64,000 nt of DNA from Saccostrea echinata (Eukaryota). The position numbers and the translations under genes are program-made. Positions 1-11,600 of this stretch are shown here, in pieces. The first letter of the stretch is position 1. Each line of letters opens with the position of its first letter. Where the stretch lies: the NCBI RefSeq assembly GCF_033153115.1, contig NW_026889778.1:5704001-5768000 (forward strand). Reading direction: 5' to 3'. The notes under the pieces were generated by a model, which did not search any database, had not been told where the DNA came from, and was given only the letters and a program-made list of their open reading frames with translations.

Positions 1-278
1 CACATCTAAAATCAGCATGTACTGGAGGGAACTAAGGGGAGATAAATCTGTAATAAAAAACAATCCAAAATATATACACATATTAATCAGAGTTAAAGGG
101 GGTTAAATGGAGATAAATCTTACTGCAGAAAGAATCAGAACATATAGAATCAACAAATGACATAAAGAAAAAAATTAACACGAAATCACAAAGAGCTGAA
201 ACAACAAATGTGCACTTAGCAAAAGAAATTAAGGAATGATTAGATTTCCATGTGAAAGCCTAAATTATAAAACAATAC

Positions 279-2299
279 CTGTAAGTTCATTGTAGGGTAA
301 TTCTACCCTCTGAAGATGTACAAAATTTGATAGAGCTGATATATCTTTCAAGTTGAAACCCTACAAAGTAAAAATTAAATTCAAATCTATCTGTACTTTT
401 AATACTTTTGTTATATTTTCTTTTGACAAAAATTACAGAAAGGACAGCACTGACTTCTTTTTAATATTTAATTATCATTCTGAGAATGATTTTCATTTCA
501 GTGCATAAATTGGCTTATAAAATTTTCATTTATCTCTGGTATATTATTAATATTAGAGATCTTATAAAATCAATGTCAAATTATAAAAGATTACATTATG
601 TTTGTGTGTTGTTTTAAACACCTTAGAAGTTCTATTTAAATGAGCTTTACTTGGACATATTGGAAAAAAAACTTACTGCAATAGTAACATGAAGAAACAC
701 TTGTTGAGTACCATCAGCAGATCTTCCCAGATTTGATAAGTTTCGTCCAATAGTTTCCTCATCCAATATTCCACCTGGCGAAAGCTGTAATTATGAAAGA
801 AGGCATATTAAATTATCATAATCTCTAATCAATGCAAAATATAAACACATGTAAATGTTAACATCCCTCCACCTCTCAGTGCAAATCACAAATTCCTCAG
901 GCAATTGATATGCTGTTCGATAAAACACAATCCAAAAGGTAAAACCATAATTCTATGCTAACCTCTTTTATTTGTGAACAGATGACAGTTACATCTACTG
1001 ATTTCTACTGCTAATTTACTAAATTACTTACTAATTTACAGAACAAGTTCCTGTGTTTATGAGTTATAGTGAGCATAGCAAGGGGTGCAAAGTGCCAGCT
1101 CAAGCTTACAACAATGCATGGGCGAAGAGAAAATTTGAACACACTGATTCAGATGAATATTTTTCTGCTGTTACCTTGAGCAGGTCCAGCACAATACCCT
1201 GATAAAGGTATATAGCTTGATAAAGCTATTTAGCTTTATCAAGGTATTACAAATACCTTGATCAAGGTATTTTATGTAATGAAAATACAAAAAAAATCTT
1301 AAAAAATTAAATTTAAAAAGTCAAATTATGAGTTGGGGTCACTGTGTTCACTCGTGCATGAGAAGTACTCTGGTATCAAGAAGACAGCATGAAAGAACGT
1401 CTCCTCACACGACATGCTTTTAAACTGATTTCTTTGTGTTTGAGTACTTTACATGCATGAGTGAATTTCCTGACAGCAACTCAGAACTCTACTTTCAGTA
1501 TTTATTTTTTTATGATTTTTTTTGTATTTTCATTACATAAAATACCTTGATCAAGGTATTTGTAATTTATCAAGCTATATACCTTTATCAGGGTATTGTG
1601 CTGGACCTTTTGAGACACACAATGCGATGCAAATGCATCTCGCTGCTAACTATGTGCTCGTGGTAAGAGTAAAAGTACACCAAAAAATAAGCTTACCTTG
1701 TTTTCATGAGTATTGCTTATAGATTGTAGATTAAATATTCTTTGTTAAAAATTTTGCACTTTTAAGACTGTGTAATGGAAATGCAGCTAACTTTTTATGT
1801 CATATAGACATTCCAAATGTCTCATGTGGTTTAATAAGGCAGGTTTAAGTTAAAATTGAATAGGCATCTAGTAAGACACAACTGCGCTCGCCCTAACGGT
1901 AGCACAATCAACATATTAAATTTTGATCAAATAAAAATAATAAGCTAGCTGGTACATGGCTATATTCTAGTACATGTAATTTAGAAAAATGGGCCAAATG
2001 TTAGACAATATGCTAGAATACGCCTCTTTTATTTTGTATATGATACTTAGAAGACATTATCTCAAAGGTTTTGGGGCACTTGTTACCTCAATATCCTCCT
2101 CCTCTTCGCCATCGGACTCGCACACTTCGTTTTCTGCGCCATCCGTCAATTCTGTTGGCACTCGCACATTATCTAGAGACAAGACATTTGTGTCATAGTT
2201 CAGAATATGTGTTTCTCCACCTGTATGAACTAAATTTCCCTCAACTACGGGAGAAAATTCATTTTCTCGCATTGCTTGTTGTCCATCCATAGCGGCCAT
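279..2299 (-). CDS. LRGUK: Leucine-rich repeat and guanylate kinase domain-containing protein, first three coding exons (gene continues beyond window start)
   Basis: Exons 2299-2087, 784-677 and 360-279 join in frame with GT-AG sites to give ...EEEEDIE|LSPGGILDEETIGRNLSNLGRSADGTQQVFLHVTIA|GFNLKDISALSNFVHLQRVELPYNELT. This resembles the LRGUK N-terminus (LGRS-x-x-GT-x-QV-Y/F-L followed by the first LRRs), recalled from memory. Confidence 0.85.
1182..1608. mobile_element. MITE with long TIRs (>100 bp) in LRGUK intron 1
   Basis: AGGTCCAGCACAATACCCTGATAAAGG... is mirrored by ...CCTTTATCAGGGTATTGTGCTGGACCT. TSD unclear. Confidence 0.75.
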
Positions 2300-2611
2300 G
2301 ATGTTTTCCTAGGATACAATCAGGTTCGCAGTGAATAAATTTTAAAATAATAAAATTTCGAGCCCGATTTATTTTCAAAGTGAAAGTTGGCATGCCGGAT
2401 GAATAGGATAATTTACTCGGGTTTCTTCTATATATTAAAGAAAAAAAAAACAACAATTTCTGTTATTTGAGCTATGGTAAATAATGAAATTTGTAATATT
2501 CTTCGAACAAATCATTTTTCAGGACTATTTATTTCGGTCTCGGAATGCAAACTTTGGCCTTCACTAATCATATGATCGCTTTACAACAGACGACAAAAGG
2601 GCCATGCAAGA

Positions 2612-5600
2612 ATGTCGGATTTTTTCCAGTTTCTTAAAGATCACATCTATGTAAGACTTCATATATGATTATATGCTATCACTTGTATTTTGTTGTTGTT
2701 AAAGTACTAATCATGGGTTTAAAATGTCATATTTTAAGCAACTTTCCATTTGAAGTGATTGCCATATAGGCCTATATACTATATGATCATGAGTACATTT
2801 ATCTGTTTATATAGTGCATATATGAAATATTTACTCAGATGCCTTTATATTTATTCACTGATTCTGGTTGATCAGGATTTTGTAACTTATTACAAATACT
2901 CATCAAACTTAATTCATTTAACATTATATATCATTTTCTGTTTCAGATTGAAATTATATTTTAAGGTAGTATGGGATACCTCTACGTTATGACGTATTTC
3001 CGTTTGAAGTATTGTTTTGATTTGCATGAGTGCTTATTATCGGGTCAAAATTTGTAGATACACCGTTGAAAAGAACACTCTGAAGCCTATTTCAATGCAA
3101 GTTCTCACAAGTCGGCATTTTAAGTAAAAACAGACAAAAAAATCGCAAGTATATAAATTTACTTATAATTGTACAACGGACATTTAAAAAAGCAAACCCC
3201 TGTAAAAGGTAGTTTCAACATTGCTGCTTTTGAACACTTTTAAGCAAAAGCTGTATTTCAATTGTTTGAGTAACTGTACAGCACCTTGTGTGCGGTGAGG
3301 CATGGATAAGTGCGATTACTTCACATTGTGCTGAATTATCACCAATCAATTATCACGTTAACCAGAGCTGGACTTTTTTGTTATTTAATTCAAGAAGTAA
3401 CTGTTTGGTCACAAATCAGCTAGCTGTTGTATATAGTCCCAAAACGTTCAGATGAATGCAATTGCTCTGAACAAGACACGTCCTGGAAAGCGATTGTCCA
3501 TGCATTGTTTTCAAAACCGCTCAAAGTTGAAAACTACAAAGTGCGACTTTTTTATGGTTGGGAAAAAATGCTCATCATTTCTAGAATAGCACCCAGGTTT
3601 TTTCAACCCTTGGAAAATAAAGAAGGATAACTCTTCCGCTCGGATCTTTTAATTCAAAAAATTTTATATGCATTTTATATTTTCCATTTATATATATATT
3701 TTCAATTTGTTTATTTCACTTTGCTAACATATTAAGATACATTCTTATTGTAGACTTTCATGAAATGTTATCCGTCTGTTTTCAAGAAATAAAGTTTTCC
3801 CAGTTTTTTACGCTTATTTTTTGTTGAAAATTAAAAAAATACTAAGACATATTTCTTGTCATTTTTGTTTTTATAAACACTTTATATTAGCAAACGCCTG
3901 CCTATAATATTAAGCTTATGAAAAAAGAATTATGCAAGAAAAAAAATCGTTTTTGTATTTCTCATTAAAATAATAAAAAAATTATTAAAATTACACTTTA
4001 ATATACTGAAAGGTGGGGGTATTTCAAATCCTTCTAATTTGGGTACATAAATATGTAGGAGAAGTTTCGTTTGGTATCCCATACCACCTTAATTTGAAAG
4101 TTGTTTTTTTTTTTTTGAAAGATGTGCTTTTGAACTTTTTTCACTGTAGATCCCGATTCTGGTTGGATTATTTGTCCTGTCCCTGATACTCCTTCTGATC
4201 TGGTGGTGCTGTAGAAACAGGTAACAGAAATCCATACATAATGTCGCAAAAGCATAAGGTCTTTTTATAGGATCGCTATAATTATTCAAGCAATGTCAAA
4301 TAACAGTCTTCTTGACCTTTTTTGTTATGTTCATCAACAGTGTGCTTCATTGACATTTTTGTCCCCAGACACCATGGACACTTTCACTGAAAGTGGGTGA
4401 TATTAATTTGAAATATTTTATAACAACTCCCAGTGGCCTCGAAAAGACCCATATTGATTTTGAGGTCAATGGTTATGGTCAGAAATACATATTACATAAA
4501 TAATTTTTTGATGATAATTTTAGTTTTTCTGTTAGCTTTTGCAATAAACTTTAGGCCATGAATTTTTCTAACTTTAAAAAGACTCCTATTGACTTTAAGG
4601 CGAAAAGCTAGAAGGTCAAGGTTGACTTTTTTTTTCTCCTTCTCCATCTGCATATTTTTCCCAGTTCTTCCACCCTCTTCTTTTTTCCTTAAGCAGGGAA
4701 TACAAATTCTCTGAATTAGCTGGTTTGTTCTCTGATTAGGAATAGGTACTTATATCAGCCACTGAACACCCATGATGTGGCTCTGTATGACCGGATGTAC
4801 AACAACCAGAAACAAACAGAAGAAAAAGTTCAAGGTAACAGTCTAATAAATTAATAATCTGATTAACACTTGAAAATTATGCATATCCCATAACTGATCA
4901 TCCAAATAAGCTAAGATTTTTAGAAATAATTAATGCATAGTCATTTTGCAAGTTTTGTTGGAATTCTTTCAGTTTTGTTTCACTTTTACAAATGTAAGGA
5001 GACCAATAGGGGTTTTCATTGCAAAACATTTGTTCAGAATAGGGAAAGATTTAAAGCATATTTAAACTTTTAAAGTAATTTTTTCAACAAAATTTATTAA
5101 ATTTAACAAAATCAAGAAATCACAGGTAAAAAATCTTAATTACATATTTTTTAAAACTAATTATTTCTTAACAATTTTTCAAGTGATAGGTAGAAGGACA
5201 TTGTTATAGTGTGTTTGTGACATTAATATGATAATTAAAACTTCTTTAAGAGGTGGTCATAAAAAGTGTTATAAAAGAAAAGGCATAAGCTCTTTTAAAA
5301 GATCTTAAAACCCCAATCAGCTCCCTTAATTTATTTCCTGACTCGGCCTTTTTTCCATTTTTTTTTTCTGCAGACATTTATGTCTCTGACTCGGCCTTTT
5401 TTCCATTTTTGTTCTGTAGACACAGCCTGGATGAATGCTCAGTACTACCTACGATCTCATTCACAGTTCAACAAACTTGAACAGCTTAATCAACTAGGTA
5501 ACATCCTCTTGACTTTGAAAGTCAGTGTTTATTTTTGTTAGGAAATGTACTATTGTTTTATTTCTTTTAAACTTAAATCTGTATTGCCTAAGTTGTGTTT

Positions 5601-8600
5601 GAATTGTCCACCATTATCAAAGTTTGCATAAAATTTGAAAAAAGTGCCAAATATTGAATTTGCAGATTCAACTTCACTTTTCTTTGTTTGCATGATAATT
5701 CGTGAAAATTAGATTTTTCTGTATGACTGGCACTTCTTATTTACCTATCTGTGCTCTCTATTATTTGTGAAATAGAAAAGTGCATTTCAAAAATTTCTTT
5801 ATTAAAAACAGGAAGCAGATCTGAGAAACAATGGTTTCGTGTCAGCGATCAGAGAAGAAAGTCCGAGTGTGTCCTGAACACGCTTCCACGCCCGGATAAA
5901 TATCTTCTGGAATTTGACATAAAAACCAGAAAAGTGTTGAAAGAGCTGTTTAACCTTTTGAGGGTTAGTAATACATATATCTTCTGATCACTTCAGAAGA
6001 GGAAGATGATATTGAAAATCATGTTTTATTTACTAAAAGTTTATTTCTTAATAATTTTGAGAGATTGTCTTGACATGAAAATAAAATTCTACTGAATATT
6101 AACAGAGAACTTACTCATTACTGAACAGTTGGAAATAAATATACATGTATTGTGAATAAATAAATGCTACTGTCTTCTGAAAGTAAGGTTACTCAAAATA
6201 AAATGAACATGTCATAAGAGGGATGTATTTGTTAAAATCATATCTTATAAATAAATATAATGTTTAACTCTCATATTATGAAAACATTGTTCCTGTAGAT
6301 TAAATGTAATGATTTACAAAATGTACTCTTTCTACATTATGGGGGAGGGTAACTAGGGGTAAGAAAATAATCCTGTTATAAATGTATCTCTGGTTAGAAG
6401 CTGTCTTGTTTATACCTTTGTGTATTGCAGCATCCATACATATTTCCTATGATAGAGTTTGACTTTGTGATCGATCAGAATTTTGTGGTTATTATTCAGC
6501 CTGTTTGTAACAAAGGATCACTCAAGGATGTCATATATCAGGTAATGTCTTTAAAGTTTAATATCTAAAAACATCTTGAAGTTCTTAAATACAGTTGAGC
6601 TTTGATATCTGGAACTCCAATATCTCAAAGACCATGGATATGTTGAAGTGATTTGAAAGTCCCAACACTATTTCCTTATTGTATTTTAAAGTCAATATCT
6701 CAAATCTTCTGATATCTCAAAGTCAATATCTCAAATCTTCTGATATCTCAAAGTCAATATCTCAAATCTTCTTATATCTTAAAGTCAATATCTCAAATCT
6801 TCTGATGTCTCAAAGTTTTTTTCTTTGTCCCTTTGAGTTTGAGATAGCAAAGTTTGACTGTAATTTGAAGGGAAAGTCTTGTACAGCTAATTAAAATATT
6901 AGAACTATGAATTGTTTTATTTCCTGACAGAATCAAATGTCTTTTTTTTTTATAGAAAAAAATTTAATAAAAAAGGTTTTAAATGTTTCTTTATTCAGTG
7001 AGTGATTTAGGAAACACTTGAATAAACAGAGCTTTTCCTTCAGAACTCAACTTAGAGTGAGCTGTCTTTGTCAGCCTGTTAGGTGTCTGTGTAGTATATC
7101 TAGAGTACACTGTTCTATTATTTCTTTTTACAGAGTCGTTACTACACATCCTGGCATGATAAATACAAAGTACGAAGTCGCGGTCTAGGTATACAACAGG
7201 TAGCAGTGTACGGAAAACAAATTTTACAGGTAGATCCACTAATGGAAGGTTATATAACATTAACATCTTCATTATTCATCATAGTAAAGTACCGTATATA
7301 CTCGCCTATAAGTCGGATTTTTGGGAGTTAAACTTTGGTCCAAAACTCTATGTCCGACTTATAGGCGAGTTATGAAAAGATTGGTATCTTAGAAGGACAA
7401 TCCCTCTAAAATAAGCTTCAAAAATACAACCGACTTATAGGCGGACCAACTTATAGGCGAGTATATATGGTATTGAGTTCTATCTCCAGGGAAGCCCCCC
7501 TCTCTCTCTTCCTCTCTCTCTCTTTCTCTCTTTCTTTCAATCTCTCCCTCTCTCAATAGGTATTATTTATCAGTAATTTACCTTTATCCTAATACAGGGT
7601 CTATTATACATGGAAGAGAAGGAGTTACCTCCCCATGGGCATCTTCACAATGGAAACATTATGTTTGATAATGGGGTCTGCAGGTAGAATAACTCTAAAG
7701 ATATGTATGTCTTAATCAGAAAACATTTGATAATCAGCAGGTGGACTGCATAACTTCTATTTTCTCTGTATTTTGACAGAATAACAGGGTATGAGAACAG
7801 TTTCCTTGGTTTGAAGTCCAAACTTTCCATAATGGCAAGGAAGAAACTAAAGGAACAACCAGAGGCGATTGATGTCCTTTCCTTTGGTAATACTTAGTCT
7901 AAATTATGTAGACTATATCAAATAAAATACACATTCACTGTAAAATTAGTACATACATTTACAGGTTGATAAGGAATCCAATAATCTCAAACTATTTTCT
8001 TTTATTTAAATGTCCTTATTGTGTGTTACCTTTATAGTTCTCAAGGGGCAACTCAATTTTATGGTATGATATTTTGTATGATTTTACAGGTCATGTGTTT
8101 TACGAGATGTGTACAGGGTCAGAGCTTGACTCCGCCCACCCAGAGCCTCGACATCTCAGTGTCATCAACAACGCAGAAATTGTATCGGTAAGGTGTAACA
8201 TTTAGCTTGATTTATTTCTATGCCGCAGACAATCTGGCATCAATTCCAGGCAATTGACTGCCTGTATATCAAAACTCACACTTAACTTTTCACACAGTAA
8301 TAAAACTTTGCGAGATTTATTTCATGTTCAAACTTCAATATATTGATAAGGATTTGATTCAGCATTTTGTGTGGTGGATCAAAGGATGTTGATGTGTGTA
8401 GATTTGACCCTTTATGAAGAATTATTTATATATTTTGTTTAAAGATATTTGTCAGGTGTCCTCAATTTATAGTTGTGGGAATTTTTGTATATGTTAAGTT
8501 TCAATCCTTAAAGTAGAATGCTTTATCCACGTGTAGGCCTATAGGTCTCTCCATTAATTTTTTTCCATCTTAATAATGACGTCGACATTCACCCCAAGCT

Positions 8601-11600
8601 AGTGGCAGGCAGTAATTATTTACAGTAAACCATAGAAAATAAACCAAAACATAAAGTACCCAAGCTTATTGTGTGGAAAGTTGTTTTTCTTTTATTTATT
8701 TGTTTTTTTTCTTTCTTTTGGCTATGAAGTATAAGATATGGAATCTTTCTTGTGTCAGACATTAAAATAACTTAACAGTTATTTATTGATAATTCATCAT
8801 CCAAATATAAAAATTAAGAAAAACTCATAATATATCTATATTATACTTCTTATGATTAGTTGTAATTACAAGCCTAGAAAGATATCATTTATATTTTAAA
8901 TCTTTTAATTCTATAATTTATTATTTTGTTTAATAATTAATATTCTTTGAACTCTTAACAAATGTTTAAAAAAAACTTTTCATGAATAGGAATTGATCTA
9001 AGAAAACATTTTTTAAAAATGATTTAAACTCTTATTTAATACATATACTATGTTCTAAAAATTTCATTTTTTTTCAATTTATTAAGTAAATGTTCTGCTA
9101 TCAAATCTTTATTATTAATTGTTGATCAAATTCTCACTTTGAAAATTCAACACATTGAAATAATTATCTATATTTTATCAATAATTACCATCATTGGTCA
9201 GCATCTCACTTTTAGAGGTGGTCTGTTACCTATTATTGGTCAATTATTATAAATCATCATGATCTTTTTTCTTTGATCTGTTATCTTTTGTGTATTAATT
9301 ATGACCCATCACAGACTAGCTTATCACTTTGATCCTAACAGCACAAGGACACCTCACCAAGCATCCCCTTAATGACCCAAGCTAATTGACCTGCTTAATA
9401 AAAGGGAGGTGTTAAGACTCTAAATAAACCAATCAGTAATCAGTTTTGGATTCATTAACCAATCATAGAAAAGGATATATACTTTCAGCCAATGAAAATT
9501 TAATTAAGCAGTCCAAGCTGATTTCTAGCAGAATTTGGGGGTACAAATAAGCCTGCAGAATTCAGTGTTGACAATTCACCATTGTGATCCAATCTAAGCT
9601 ATCATAGTGCTAATAAGTGAGATTGCAATCTGATAAATTTAATCAATTGTGCTTTGTGCATCAGTTGAATTAATCCCAGTGTGGTATTATCCTCAGCTTG
9701 TTGTGTGTTATATAGTGAAAAAGTTAATGTTTTAGTATTGTTTTGTGAAGTGTTTCAGTGTTGTGTAGTGCTTCAGTGTTGTGTAGTGTTTCAGTGTTGT
9801 GTAGTGCTTCATTGTTGTGTAGTGCTTCAGTGTTGTGCAGTGCATTCAGTGTGTCATCATGGCTGCTCGTGCATCTTCCCCAGTCATCGAGATCAACTTC
9901 GCCACCACCCTAGAAGACGTCATCAAGGCCACCATCTTTGACGATGCCCCGCCTTCACCGCAGCCTTCCAGCACCTCCATCCAGACCACCCTCAACACCA
10001 GTGCAGCTGAGACCAGATTTGATGAGTGCCTGAATTCCCTCATCAGTGATCATCCCACACCAGAGAAATCCGCAGACAACGACCTCCAGCTAGCTCTACA
10101 GTGTCTCCATCCTTCAGCACCAGAGAAGATCTGTGACGACAACACCATCTCCTCTACGGAAATCTTCAGTGCCCTCCAGACCATCTTCCGCTATGAAGCC
10201 AAGTCATCCACACCATCAGTGCTCATCAAGTCTGTTCAACCAGAGCTGTCTACTTCCCAACGTGAACAACAGCTTCTTCAGAGATTCAACGTCCTTCATC
10301 ACCATCACCCTCAGCAGATCAACGACTTGTCATCATTCTTCAAGTACCAGAGTGCCCAAGTGGAGACAGACCGCTACTGTGCCCTTCATCAGAACTCCAA
10401 CCAGCCACATCACATCAGAGAAAGCATCAACCAACACTACAACATCACCCACCATCGCATCATGGACCGTGTGGAGAACAGCCTACAGATCCTGGAGGAG
10501 AATCTACCCCAGCCATCACCCATCAACACCAAAACTACCACCACACAGACCAACAGCCAGATCAACAACCTCCGCACCAGACCGTCGCTATCCCAGAAGT
10601 CTGTTCAGCTGATGGAGAAGTGGTTCTACAGTCATCTAGAGCATCCCTACCCATCGTCCGACATCATCGAGGAGCTGGCCAGGAGAGGAGGGATCAAGGA
10701 GGAGCAGGTCAAGAAGTGGTTCTCCAACAAGAGGAACAGGAGCCGGAGGTCATCAGGGGTCAACAAGAGGAAGGTGTCCAGTGTCAACAAGAGTGTGCCA
10801 TGCTTCTGGTGATTGTGTTGTAGAAGATTGGTTGTGTCAAAAATAGTGGGTGTAATTCTGATGATTGTGTTCTAGAAGATTGGTTGTGTCTAAAACGGTG
10901 GGTCTCCATTCTGGTGATTGTGTTTGTGCATCAGTGAAATTCTCCAAGGGAAAAAGGTGAAGAAGTGGTGGTGAGTATTTAGTGCTCAGTGTTGTGTGAA
11001 GTTCTGTATATAATTGATATGTAGTGCTTTATATAGATTTAGTGCTGTGAACTATAAGTGCTATCATGTTTATTTTAATATTGTTTGAGTTTCATTTATA
11101 CAGTGCTTCTAATTTTATTTATGAATGTTTGAATGTTGTAGAATATATGAATAAATAAAAGATCTAATGAAAAGAGGGTTTTTGTCTTCTTTGTCATGAT
11201 TAAGAAAGGAAAGAATACACTGTATACATAATATTTTGGTGGTGTATTCTATTTAGCACTTTTGGCAGAAAGCAGCTTCTGCTAAATCAAGTACATTGCT
11301 CATAGTCTTGTATACTATATTATATATCATACTAATAAGATTAGTCATATAAAAGAAGTATCCTCAAATACTTCATCTAGTGGAATTACCTGATAACCCT
11401 TAGAATGGACTAGCCAAAGGGTATGTAAGGCAAAGCTATGGGAAAGTAAGGCATTCAGAATCTAACCAAAGAAGTTGAGTGATGAATCAGCAATAAAGAT
11501 CAATAAAATTGAATCCATAACATATGTGTAGGGGATTGAATACACGTATATTTAGACATAATTCCCATTTATTAGTATTAGTATATAAGGATGGGATGTT

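Noticed and set aside
9681-9941. Cys-rich ORF (CCVVLQ repeats) resembling a metallothionein or keratin-associated protein
   Set aside because: It is the translation of the 18-nt leader repeat, has a non-ATG start, and is not conserved in copy 2.
10133-10612. 159-aa overlapping alternative-frame ORF present in both homeobox copies
   Set aside because: GTG start; the lack of stops follows from C-ending codon bias, and conservation follows from paralogue identity.
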